A DNA stretch of 34,053 nucleotides. Origin: Octopus bimaculoides. Taxonomy: Eukaryota. Shown here piece after piece: positions 1-10,635 of the stretch. The translations under genes and the position numbers were made by a program. Positions within the stretch are counted from its first letter, which is position 1. Every line of letters begins with the position of its first letter. The stretch spans positions 133,445,757-133,479,809 of the forward strand of contig NC_068981.1 in the NCBI RefSeq assembly GCF_001194135.2, read 5' to 3'. The notes beneath the pieces are model-generated. The model had not been told where the DNA came from. It saw only the letters and a list, made by a program, of their open reading frames with translations, and did no database searches.

Positions 1-787
1 TGGGGTCTGATGTATGCGCAGCTTCTTTTTTCTTTTTTTCAGGACAGTCAACGAGAATGTGGCCTCTTTGTCCGCAACCGTAACAAGTAGGCTTCCTGCC
101 ATCTGCCAGTACTTTAAGGGCCACCTTCTCTCCCACGAGCACTCTCTCTGGAAGATCTTGCAGATCTTCCTGTGTTCCCTGAACCAGGATGTTGAGGAAA
201 TTCCCCAACCAATATTGTGGGGTGGAGCAATTAACTTGTAGAATTTTTATTTTTTCTGCCCTATTAAACAATAGGGCACCCACCACCTCTTCAGGGTCGA
301 CTTCAGGTGGTACTTCTGGTATCCTCACTCTTGCAGTTCTTCTCCCCATGTATGTGGGAAGAAGTACCACCTCTTTCGTGCGCAGGGAATACACCGAGTG
401 CCCGCGGGCCACCTCTTCTCCCGAGAAGCGGACTTCCACTGTCCCGTATGCCCGTCCCCTAGCAACATACACTATGTCTCTCCAAATAGGGGCCAGGCAC
501 TTTTCAATGGTGTCCTTCTCGAAGTGTTTAAACTTCTTGTCCTTAGGACAGTATGTTTTGAATGTTACTGTCCTCTTTTCGCTATCAATTATAGCGGCGG
601 AGGGTGATATTCTTACATCACCACCCTCCTGTTTCATCCTTTTAAAAAGTTGTTCTATTTTTTCCATATTTATTTCAATGTTTTCCGTTGCCACTTCGGC
701 AACCGCTGCAAACGTTTTTGTCATGTTATTTTCCTCTTTCTGCCTCTCAATGAGTGGCTGTTTTCCGTTAACAATTTCAACAGGCAT
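1..787 (-). CDS. Gag-like ORF1 of a non-LTR retrotransposon (L1/Tx1-like), open off the window edge
   Basis: Manual minus-strand translation from ATG at 787 (in-frame TGA at 797-799 upstream) gives 262 codons with no stop: MPVEIVNGKQPLIERQKEENN...VRIPEVPPEVDPEEVVGALL...GRKPTCYGCGQRGHILVDCPEKKEKR. CX2CX4HX4C zinc knuckle at 85->44. Clade assignment is inference. Confidence 0.8.
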   Translation of the reverse strand, partial: MPVEIVNGKQPLIERQKEENNMTKTFAAVAEVATENIEINMEKIEQLFKRMKQEGGDVRISPSAAIIDSEKRTVTFKTYCPKDKKFKHFEKDTIEKCLAPIWRDIVYVARGRAYGTVEVRFSGEEVARGHSVYSLRTKEVVLLPTYMGRRTARVRIPEVPPEVDPEEVVGALLFNRAEKIKILQVNCSTPQYWLGNFLNILVQGTQEDLQDLPERVLVGEKVALKVLADGRKPTCYGCGQRGHILVDCPEKKKKEAAHTSDP

Positions 788-1120
788 TTTCCCTTTTCAA
801 ATGGGAGACCTATACAATATTATTATTATTATTAAATTTTAAACGAATTGTTCTCCTCTACGCAAGGNNNNNNNNNNNNNNNNNNNNNNNNNNNNNNNNN
901 NNNNNNNNNNNNNNNNNNNNNNNNNNNNNNNNNNNNNNNNNNNNNNNNNNNNNNNNNNNNNNNNNNNNNNNNNNNNNNNNNNNNNNNNNNNNNNNNNNNN
1001 NNNNNNNNNNNNNNNNNNNNNNNNNNNNNNNNNNNNNNNNNNNNNNNNTTACCGGGTAACGAACAGAATACGTCCAAACACGACCTTACCGGAAGTGATG
1101 CTCTCCTGTCAGGGAAGCAA

Positions 1121-1355
1121 GCTTCTTATTTCTTTACTGCCCACAAGGGGCTACACACAGAGGGGACAAACAAGGACAGACAAACGGATTAAGTCGATTA
1201 TATCGACCCCAGTGCGTAACTGGTATTTATTTAATCGACTCCGAAAGGATGAAAGGCAAAGTCGACCTCGGCGGAATGGATTTGAACTCAGAACGTAACG
1301 GTAGACGAAATACTGCTAAGCATTTCGCCCGGCGCACTAACGTTTCTGCCAGCTT
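1121..1355 (-). mobile_element. tRNA-derived SINE, family A
   Basis: Reverse complement matches the copy at 10636-10851 (GGCAGAAACGTTAG...CCGGGCGAAATGCTTAGCAGTATTTCGTCT...GAGTTCAAAT...GAGGTCGACTTTGCCTTTCATCCTTTCGG...GGGGTCGAT). Confidence 0.9.
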
Positions 1356-1429
1356 CTTACCACAGCTACACTTGCGCCTATGTATACTTTTAAAGCTTTT
1401 ATATCTGTGTTCGTTAAAAAATATCTATA

Positions 1430-1907
1430 CAGTAATCCCTCGACTATTGTAGTTGTTATGTTCCAAAACCTCCTGCGATAGTTGAAAATCCGCGAAGTAG
1501 AAACAGTGCTGTACCGTATATATTTTTCATCATTTTTATAATTGTATAGTATTTATTTTATTATAAATACAAAACAACACCACACACTCGCCTCCCGATT
1601 TACGTTTTGCATACCGTATGTGCGATTCTTTGTTTACTCATCTACCGTACATTCCGTATTTTCCTTTAAACTATTTTAATTAATGTATTATACAGTACAG
1701 AAATATACTCTATTTTTATTTATTAATTTATTAATTTTTAGGCGTGAAAATGCTTATTTTACCACAGAAATAAATAAAATCTAAAAAAAAATACAAATAC
1801 TTATCGACTGCAGAAAACTACGATATAAATTTACATGTATTAGCCACAAAAATCCGCGATGTATTGAGTGCGTGGTAGGTGAACCGCGATATGGCGTAGG
1901 ATTATTT
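1430..1907. mobile_element. Tigger/pogo-like non-autonomous DNA transposon (MITE)
   Basis: Left end TA|CAGTAATCCCTCGAC; right end CCGCGATATGGCGTAGGATTATTT|TA is its degenerate inverse. TA on both sides, AT-rich non-coding interior. CAGTA-starting TIRs with TA TSD are typical of pogo/Tigger. Confidence 0.7.
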
Positions 1908-2175
1908 TATATCTACTAACCTATTACAGAAAACTAAACCTCCCGAGTACTCAGCTGCCTCTATTGTGTTCTATATTCACTTTTATTTTATTCCATTTCA
2001 CCACTTTATTGTATCCTGTCCATTTTTATTTTATTCTATTTTATTCGATTTCTTCTCATCTTCTTCCATATATCCTTCTAACAACGTTACCCTTGTTTCT
2101 TACTAAACCCCAACCATGTTGTCCGAGATATACCAACGCATCATATATATTTGTGTCTGGATGTGATTGGGCATT

Positions 2176-2177
<2 letters not shown>

Positions 2178-2215
<38 letters not shown>

Positions 2216-2275
2216 TGTATGTATGTATGTATGTATGTATGTATACACGTGTATGCGCGTGTGTGTGTATGCACG
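2178..2275. repeat. Compound (TA)n-(TATG)n-(TG)n microsatellite
   Basis: Directly visible tandem units. Confidence 0.95.
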
Positions 2276-2810
2276 CGCAGGCGTTCTTGTGCATCCAGCA
2301 TTGTTTGATTTATATTAATATTTGACCACAAATAATTAATTAAGCACAGCAATNNNNNNNNNNNNNNNNNNNNNNNNNNNNNNNNNNNNNNNNNNNNNNN
2401 NNNNNNNNNNNNNNNNNNNNNNNNNNNNNNNNNNNNNNNNNNNNNNNNNNNNNNNNNNNNNNNNNNNNNNNNNNNNNNNNNNNNNNNNNNNNNNNNNNNN
2501 NNNNNNNNNNNNNNNNNNNNNNNNNNNNNNNNNNNNNNNNNNNNNNNNNNNNNNNNNNNNNNNNNNNNNNNNNNNNNNNNNNNNNNNNNNNNNNNNNNNN
2601 NNNNNNNNNNNNNNNNNNNNNNNNNNNNNNNNNNNNNNNNNNNNNNNNNNNNNNNNNNNNNNNNNNNNNNNNNNNNNNNNNNNNNNNNNNNNNNNCAAAA
2701 GCGAAAAGAAAAAAAACTTTATAATATACACGTTCCAACTCCATGCTACATATATTATTGGCAAGGATGATGGAATAAACGAATCCAAAGACAGCCTACG
2801 CTGCTGCTGA

Positions 2811-2950
2811 GGATGATGATGATGAGGAGGAGGAGGAGGAGGAAGAGGGGGAGGAAGAGGGGGAGGAGGAAGAGGAGGAGGAAGGGGAGGAGGAAGGGGA
2901 GGAGGAAGAGGAGGAGGAAGATGAAGAGGAGGAGGATTAGAAGAAGCTCA
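2811..2950. repeat. Polypurine (GAT)/(GAG)/(GAA) low-complexity repeat
   Basis: gatgatgatgatgaggaggaggaggaggaagaggggg..., directly visible. Confidence 0.95.
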
Positions 2951-2964
2951 GAGAGGAGAAAGGG

Positions 2965-3100
2965 AGCAAATTTGCCCCGTGCTATTTGCTACGGCTCTTT
3001 TACATTCTAAGGTCAAACTCTACCGAAGTTGCCTATATCTTTCATCCTTCCAGGAGCCACAAAAATAAAGTACCAATGAAATACTGGCGTTGATTTTATC
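2965..3100 (+). mobile_element. Degenerate SINE family A
   Basis: ctcttttacattctaaggtcaaactctaccgaagttgcctatatctttcatccttccagg...aaagtaccaatgaaatactggcgttgat aligns by eye to the family A body. Confidence 0.65.
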
Positions 3101-3289
3101 CTCTCAATTGCTAGGCTTGTGCGAACCCAAATTAGAAATTATTATTTGTGCCAATCAAGGCATTTCCTTGAATTCCTGAAAAAGGACATTGTAGGTTCAT
3201 ACTTAGATCACCGTTAACGTTCTCACATTCTTTATCTAAAAATTGACAATTCCTTGATAATTTCATCTATTTCTGATGATTTGGCTTTG

Positions 3290-3690
3290 TCGATCGCAGC
3301 AATGGCATTGATGGTGTTGATGTATGCCTATCTTAAACTCTTTATATCCTTAGTGTTGGTTCCCTTACTGCAAAAGCTACATCACCCATTTGCTCTGTTA
3401 TATTTTGATCGCACAAACTTTAATTCAGAACTTCTCGACCCTTTTCGTCGTCGGTGGTTTCCTAGAAGGCCCTCTTCTTCGCATTTTATTTCAAGGTCTT
3501 GCTTTTGTCTGTAAAACGTGATTCTCTTGCCGAATCTCAAAACTCTTTCTGCCTTTGTTTGAAGCTCTTTCTTCAGTGTCTCTTTTGCTATTGCTATATC
3601 CTGCGTCTGTTTGATGCTGAGATTTCCTTATTTTTCTATTGAATGTCAAAGTCTATTCAATAGACTTTCCTGTTTCCTCTGCTGCGTTGG
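3290..3690 (-). pseudogene. Relic of the pre-RT region of an RLE-type LINE (R4/HERO/NeSL-like)
   Basis: Minus-strand frames give AKETLKKELQTKAERVLRFGKRITFYRQK and, after a frameshift, RKPPTTKRVEKF*. This resembles the LKQKLQAKAQRIRRY...F.RQN...PP..EEVE.FW segment of these elements. Stops and frameshifts present. Confidence 0.6.
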
Positions 3691-3738
3691 TCTTTTTTCA
3701 GACTGTGTCTGTGATGCCCGGATATGTACGAGCTGCTG

Positions 3739-3855
3739 CTCATCATCGTCGTCGTCGTCATCACCATCATCATCATCATCATCGTCGTCGTCGTCGTCCT
3801 CCTCCTCCTCATCATCATCATCATTATTGTTATTGTTGTTGTTATCGTTGTTGTT
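3739..3855. repeat. Compound trinucleotide microsatellite (CAT/CGT/CCT/TGT)
   Basis: Directly visible. Confidence 0.95.
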
Positions 3856-4064
3856 TATCTTTATTCTTTTGCTCCCATACTTTAGCCATGTTTTGGCACT
3901 ATAGCCTGATATATTGGTATATCAGGTTGTAGTGATTTTATTGCGAGGATCTAAACTTAAATTCTAAAGGATCCAACTGATATTTTGATCAGAATAAGAA
4001 TTTCTAACACACGCACAAGGTTACACATTTTGAGGAGTGGTTTGGCTTTTTAATCGATCCTAGA

Positions 4065-4190
4065 ATTTGACTGGTTCTAATTTCACCAACCCAGAAGGGA
4101 CGAAAAGCAAAGCTGATTATATTTGGATTTGAATTCAGAACATAAAAGATCATAATTAATGCCAGAGGGGACTTTGTCCTTAGATCTATC
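4065..4190 (-). mobile_element. Degenerate SINE family A
   Basis: ctggttctaatttcaccaacccagaagggacgaaaagcaaagctgat...ggatttgaattcagaacataaaag is the inverse of the family A body. Confidence 0.6.
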
Positions 4191-4219
4191 GCATCTAATA
4201 ACCAATACCTCTCGACAAA

Positions 4220-5003
4220 TCTATTCACCTGTTGCATGTGTAACGTAATTTCGGAAACAATAAACCACACTCTGTTAGGATATCCTACACTGACCCCCAC
4301 CAAATAATATGGAGACACAATGAAACAGCAAAGCTGCTCTACGTACGACTGTCCACCAAGTTCCAACTCCTTCGAGAGCAAAAATGATAAATTTTATGAT
4401 CATATGATACTCGTATGATGCTTCATATATCTTAGAAAATGTTGATGTGCGAATACTATGGAACTCACCATATTTTTACTGATAATAAATATCGTTATCG
4501 TCGTATTTGCAATCGATTTGTCTAGAACGATGCACAGTCACTTCTATGGTGGTATTAATAGATTATCTATAAGGAGAGACATAAGCACGTTCCGGATATT
4601 AACCATGATAGGAACATTAAATATTGTTTGGACATTCCTACAATGCATTTATTAGACAGACACCAGGTAACACATTATTAGTTTGGTATCATTTTTCATG
4701 ACAAAGACTGACAATAATGTATTAATAATCGACTTAGCAATACCAAATTACTATAATGTTCTGCAGAATAAAGATGAAAGGCTAGGAGATTACATCGACT
4801 TAACTGTTGAATTAAAACTATTAAGACTGTTAAGGAATGTGTTTTCCATCCTATTTGCAATCGATACAACGAAAATGATGCACAACCACTTCTATCAAGA
4901 TATTAATAGATTAACAATAAGGATAGACATAGGCACGTTCCGGAAATTAGTCATAATATGAGATTTAAAAATTATTAGGTCATTCTCACATAGCGTTTGT
5001 TAA
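4220..5003 (+). pseudogene. 3' end of an RLE-type LINE (CCHC finger + restriction-like endonuclease), with duplicated C-terminus
   Basis: Frameshifted translation: CCMCNVISETINHTLLGYPTL / WRHNETAKLLY / ILENVDVRILWN, then ORF 4683-4961 NNVLIIDLAIP..NV...DERLGDYIDLTVELK. This matches the CxxC..ET..H / RHN / EN..KILWD / IID.A.P..N..K..EK..Y.DL pattern of R2/R4/HERO-type elements. Confidence 0.8.
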
Positions 5004-5184
5004 CATGGATCATTTATATGCGTGCTTTCTAGTCTTTTATCTTTTATTTTTTGCTTGTTCCAGTAATTGGACTGCGTCCATTCTGGTACACCGCCTTGGT
5101 GTGTTTAATCGAACAAATCACCCCTCGTTATCAAGAGATGGGTGGAGGACAGACACAAACTTAAACACAAACACACAAACGCGT

Positions 5185-5231
<47 letters not shown>

Positions 5232-5403
5232 NNNNNNNNNNNNNNNNNNNNNNNNNNNNNNNNNNNNNNNNNNNNNNNNNNNNNNNNNNNNNNNNNNNNN
5301 NNNNNNNNNNNNNNNNNNNNNNNNNNNNNNNNNNNNNNNNNNNNNNNNNNNNNNNNNNNNNNNNNNNNNNNNNNNNNNNNNNNNNNNNNNNNNNNNNNNN
5401 NNN

Positions 5404-6201
5404 ATTATACTACATGGAAAATGCGAGCAAAGGAAATAATATTCTTAAGATTATAAAACTGGAAAAGTACAGAACAAGCTTATACACCCGTAAAAGTTCA
5501 GGACAAGAACATTTTTGCTTAAAATATTGCAGCTAAGGATAAAATTTCAAATACAATATTTAGATTTAGAAAATATAAGATTTTATTACTTCTATTTGTT
5601 ATCGCTTGTGACCTGTTAAAAATTTTAAAAAGGCTCACAGTATTTTTTATACTTTAAGAATATTCATTTTTTAAACAATTAATTAATTATTAGAAATTTG
5701 AAAGTAGGTTATAAAAATAATAGTACATAATTAGTTAGTACAATAAACAGAATAATACAAAAATGAGTTATATATTACAGTAAAATTTATTTGAGCTATT
5801 GCCTAAGTTATTGCCAAGTCTTCACATTTTTAGTTTTGACTCAATGCCTATTTTTTACATAATAAATTTGCCGACCATATGTACTATTCTACTTTGCATA
5901 AAACTTTAGATATATTAGTACTTCTGTCTCTCATTTTTTAAGTATTCTAGTATGTCAATATTTTAACAAAATAATGTTACCTTTTTTAATTATAAGGTTA
6001 CTTTGTAAATTAAAATCAAATGATATTTAATATTCAAATTTTATCCCTACCTGCAATATTTAAAGTAAAAATTTTCTTGTTCTGTACTTTACCGGATATA
6101 ACTTGTCCAGAACTTTTCCAAGTGTAATAACTTCTCCTGTGCTTTTCCAGCTTTATAATCTTAAGAATATTATTTCTCTTGCTCGCATTTTCCCATATAA
6201 T
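5404..6201. mobile_element. ~800-bp element with ~150-170-bp imperfect inverted arms (MITE/foldback-like)
   Basis: 5404-5553 (ggaaaatgcgagcaaaggaaataatattcttaagattataaaactggaaaagtacag...) is the reverse complement of 6031-6201 (...ctgtgcttttccagctttataatcttaagaatattatttctcttgctcgcattttcc). AT-rich non-coding interior; left end abuts a gap. Confidence 0.7.
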
Positions 6202-6924
6202 CCATGTTTTTTCCAGGCTATGCTATTATGCTAATTAATAATGTGTCAAGTGTGTCAATTAGCGGTGTCATTGATGATTTTTTTTCCTTACCTCAGTTAT
6301 GCTGGTGACATATATTAAATGTCCCTTATAGAACTATATTCATAAGAAACTATATTATCCCCCTCAAATTTGAGAAACAAATGCTCATAACTTTTTTCTT
6401 TTAAAATTTCATTGCATGAGATTGATACCATAACATTCCTCAAATTGAGCTCTATCATTTAAGCTTAATTAAACTACAGTTTGTTTTTAAAATAAAAAGG
6501 TTAATTATGCTTAAATCCAATTTTTTGCTTTACTTATAGTTTTTTCATGATATTTTACCTCACAAATTTTTTTATATAAATTTTTATTGCATGGGGCCAA
6601 AACTATGAAATTCGTCATGCTTTCTTCTATCATTGAAGCTAAGATAAATATATTTTGCTTTTAAAATAAAAAAGTTATTTATATGTAAACTTGATTGGTG
6701 GCGTTACTTACTCTCCTATAACATTGCTACAAATTTTGATGTAAACTTTTTCTACTGGAACAGATCTCGGTTTTTTTATGCCAAAATGTAGCTCTTCAAA
6801 AATGTTAACAGTTTTCAGTTTGTTTAAGAACTGAATTAGAGACAAGTTCTGAAAGATGTTGCGTGTGACTGCAGCCTTAAGAATATTATTCAACGACTAC
6901 CGTAGTTGAATGATAATTTGTTGT

Positions 6925-7098
6925 ATTAAGAGCCGTATTTCCTCTTACCCTTAAGGTTCCGAGTTCAAATCCTAACAAGATCGAGTTTGCCTTTCATCTT
7001 TCTGGGATCGAAAAGCTATAGTGCGAGTCAAGAAACGGTGTCAATAGTATCAACCAGTTCCTCCTCCCCAAGATTATTTGTGTAGGCCTTGTTCCTAT
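6925..7098 (+). mobile_element. Degenerate SINE family A
   Basis: ggttccgagttcaaatcc...gagtttgcctttcatctttctgggatcga...ctcctccccaag...ggccttgttcct. Confidence 0.75.
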
Positions 7099-7141
7099 TA
7101 ATACGTTCAAAGTTTGGCAGAAGGTCAGTATTTTAAGGGAA

Positions 7142-7300
7142 GGGGGTTAATCAATAACTGTGACACTTTTACTTGACTAGTGTTTTATTTTATCGACTCG
7201 GAAAGGATAAAATGCAAAGATTGCCTCAGAATGATTCGAAGTGAGAATGTAAAGAGTAGAAGAAAATACCGCTAAGCACTTTGTCCGACTCGCCGCCTTA
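7142..7300 (-). mobile_element. Degenerate SINE family A, inverted relative to 6925-7098
   Basis: tatcgactcggaaaggataaaatgcaaag...aaataccgctaagcactttgtccgactcgccgcctta is the inverse of the family A head and body. Confidence 0.8.
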
Positions 7301-7705
7301 GCAACAGTGTTAATAGTGTTTATAATACTATGATCATAATGATTCCATACATTTATCTCATATTATTCAATGACTAGTAATATACTTTTTGATTGGCTTA
7401 AAAGTTGCTATTTTACTTCGAATTTCAGTTCCTAAAGAAAATGCACGTATTTATGAAGTCCTTACCTCTTATTACAATAATTTATTCAATAAGGTAACCA
7501 GATTTTTTCCTAATATAGACTTATATATATTTTTTCTTCTTTGATTCAGACGTTGTAATTTCTATTCTGGATTGTTGATTGAGAAATAAGAAAAGGAAAA
7601 AAGAAACAGAAAAAGAAAGGATAAAGTCGACAAGAGAGAGAGAAAGTGAAATGATTATATAGGCACATATACATAAATCTATTCGTCAATCGAGAAGGAT
7701 GAAAT

Positions 7706-7750
<45 letters not shown>

Positions 7751-7752
7751 AA
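7706..7752. repeat. (AAAG)n microsatellite
   Basis: Directly visible. Confidence 0.95.
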
Positions 7753-8124
7753 ATTCTGATGGCATTGATAATTTAGAATATTTATATGAGCCAATAACAG
7801 AGTCCACCTTAATATACATTTATGAGTATAGATAGTCGATATAAATAAATACACTCAGAGCCCATATTCAAATACATACACACATATGGAACACAATTTT
7901 TGAGTGTGTGTTTTGTCTGCGTGTCCACTTTTGCGCGTGTGTGTGATGTTTGCTCCTCTGAACATATACATACGCACGCACACGCACAGACATACATACA
8001 CATACATATGTATGTATGTATGTATTTTTGAATGTATGCGTCTGTGTCTGAGTTCTCAATTCATTAATTATATACGTATGGATGTTAATGTACATGTATG
8101 TGAATGTGTGTGTTGTGTTGCGTG

Positions 8125-8165
<41 letters not shown>

Positions 8166-9560
8166 TCGTGTTAGAGGGATAAATATGATCATACTTCTTC
8201 AATGTCCTGTTATTAAACAATCTCTAAAGACGATCAAAAGAAGTCAGATCTTGCGTTGATATTTTTTTCGTTCTTGCTTTTTCTTCTCACGACTTTCTTT
8301 TCTACCCGCTCTTCTTTTCAAAATATTTCATATTAAACGTCTGAAGGGAAAGACTTTATATTGAGATGTGGTTGTTGTTGTCGTCTTTGTTGTTTGAACT
8401 TTAGAGACGGAGATTTGTTACGTTCCTTCTTTGGCCTCCACTTTCATTTGATTTAGTCGAGAAAGTTTTCATTTCATTAATCAACAAGGGAATTTTCTTC
8501 TATGTAGCATAATATTATTTCCTTGCACCTCTTAACTCTAATATCTAAATGTATCTAAATAGATTTACATGAAGTTTTATATTCTTTTTGGTGGTTCACG
8601 TAGAGATATTTTTAGACAACATACACTACTAGCTTTGGAAGTGAAGAAATTGCTGACATAATATTTCCGTTAGAATATACAAACATTAAATCATGGAATT
8701 TCTCTACAGGATGTCCAGTTTCTATAAATTATTTAATTGACGCTCTCTAACCGAATGTACAAAAATACATTAGATGAACTTAGTCAAACTATTCACTTTC
8801 CTGTTCGCACTACCTAAAGATTTTCTTAGCGGATTGTCTCATTAAATTTAATCAGAACCTTTCAAAGAAAATCGTTTTTATTGACTTACAAGACAACGAT
8901 CGCTTAGTTGCATTTATGTAACATTTTCAAACTTATAATTGATTTGCAAGCGTAAGTACCCTGTGTCTGGCTAATTTGAATTACTATATAGTTAAAATAG
9001 CTTTGTCTTCTCGATTACTAATTTAGTTTCTCGTCTACTAAGACAAACGAGCGAGGTGGTTTAGATTTAACCCGATATAGAAATTCAATTATCAAGTAAC
9101 TTGACTTGAAAAAGAAATATGTTATTCAATGTTACTTTAAAATTCTTTGTTGAATGTCAGATAAATTGTTTTCTCTAATTTCTCTGTAAATTAAAACATT
9201 ATGCAAATTAATGCCGAACATATTCGTATTAAAATGTTCGTTTGGTTTATACACTCGTAATTGTATATTTAAAAATATAATTCAAATATACTTTCATACA
9301 CAAACTGTACAAAGTTATAGAATGGTAATAATTTTGTCTGTTATATATCCACACCAGAGTTATCAAACGTTCATATTTGAACGGTATTGACTCGACCAAA
9401 TTAGTAAAATCTAAACCCCGAACGGATAGCAAAATGTCCCGACTACGCACCCATTGAAAGATTAATTTATTAATAGCCATTAATGTGTCGTATTTAAATC
9501 GTCCAAAGAGCGGCTAGCAGGAATGTCAGATGCAATTCGGCCACGTTAGACCTTGTCAAT

Positions 9561-9851
9561 GGCATATTCTCACAGCCAGCTGCATGCTTAGGCGAGATTT
9601 GACGTCTCCGATATATAAGAAAACAGTGAAAACACTCACTGGTATTGCAAATAGTCACCCAACCGAATAAAGATCCATTATATGCAATAGAAGCAGTAAC
9701 ACATTAAAATAGTCATTCACTATAGCATATGTGAGGTGATAAATCTCGTCCAAGCATGCGGTCGGCAGTGAGTACACGCCACTGACAAAGTCCAGGAAAC
9801 TGAAATGCATCCGGCGTTCTCACTAGCGTCTGCTTGGACGAAATTCATCTC
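9561..9851. repeat. Three related ~40-48-bp arms in alternating orientation
   Basis: A 9561-9608 ggcatattctcacagccagctgcatgcttaggcgagattt; B 9733-9780 reverse complement ggcgtgtactcactgccgaccgcatgcttggacgagattt; C 9813-9851 ggcgttctcactagcgtctgcttggacgaaattcatctc. Confidence 0.75.
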
Positions 9852-10228
9852 CCTTCCATAAATAATGAGGCATTTTAAACACAGCACTTCCATAAAAGTT
9901 GTTAGCTCCAGATGAATATCAGTAAATTTGCCTTTCGACGATGTATTTAGGCTACGTAAGTTACATAGATGGCTATTTTAATTAAATACTGTTTCTATTG
10001 CATATGAAGGATAATTTATTAATGTTTATCAGCGTCAAATCCAAAAGATCTTACTTAAGAAATAAATAACATAAATCACGATTATTATATATTTTTCTTC
10101 TATTTCTCTTAGGGAGACAAAATTATTAAAAGCAGCAGATTTTTGTTAATCCTACGATTGGAAAACGTGACAGCTGGGGTTGCATTTAATATAAAGTTTT
10201 AATGACGTCATTTTGATCATCACCAAGA

Positions 10229-10281
<53 letters not shown>

Positions 10282-10292
10282 AACAACAACAA
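10229..10292. repeat. (CTA)n(CAA)n microsatellite
   Basis: Directly visible. Confidence 0.95.
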
Positions 10293-10635
10293 AAGTATCC
10301 AGATATGAACAAGTACTACACTACCATTACGGTTTCAAAGAGAGGACTGGCTGACTTGAGACGTTGTTTTCTCTCATTTCTAATTAATTTATACTTTATT
10401 CCTTCATGACATCAAAAACGTTCCCCAGAAACGCTTCTTGAATAAAGATCATATATTTAGGTGAGCGCGAATGATTTAAAGGAAGAACGCTCGTAATGAC
10501 TGAAATCAAAAACAATCATTAACGTTGATGAAAATACTTAGGCGATGAGAAAATGGAGGAGAGTCTGGAACTCAAACTAAATAAAAATTCAATGGAGTTA
10601 CGTATCGGTTGGTGGATATAATATTTGGTGAGTAT

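Noticed and set aside
189-842. 217-aa plus-strand ORF
   Set aside because: Antisense shadow of the minus-strand ORF1, which carries the recognisable CCHC motif.
2056-2352. ORFs rich in YI/HT/CV/MYVC/LS repeats here and at 7.8-8.2, 11.6-12.0, 18.1-18.4, 21.6, 27.7-29.3, 30.2-31.8 and 33.2-33.9 kb
   Set aside because: Translations of stop-free di- and tetranucleotide repeats, not genes.
2813-3010. Arg/Lys-rich protamine-like ORF
   Set aside because: Produced by the GAG/GAA repeat and runs into a SINE relic.
3648-3668. 10-bp-arm palindrome AAAGTCTATT-C-AATAGACTTT, and an AT-rich quasi-palindrome near 13662-13695
   Set aside because: Short and AT-rich; plausible by chance.
3611-3932. Poly-Ser and poly-His/Arg/Pro ORFs
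   Set aside because: Translations of the compound trinucleotide microsatellite.
6292-6324. Possible 33-nt minus-strand micro-exon (GHLIYVTSITE) with a GAG|GTAAGG donor; another strong minus-strand donor at 24216
   Set aside because: Weak or absent acceptors, no partner exons, peptide not recognised.
8705-8720. TACAGGATGTCC resembling a Tc1/mariner TIR start
   Set aside because: No matching opposite end or transposase remnant found.
10155-10210. Promoter-like cluster (GATTGG, CAGCTG, TGACGTCA); second TGACGTCA at 29440-29447
   Set aside because: Short motifs expected by chance in 34 kb, with no linked gene or TSS evidence.
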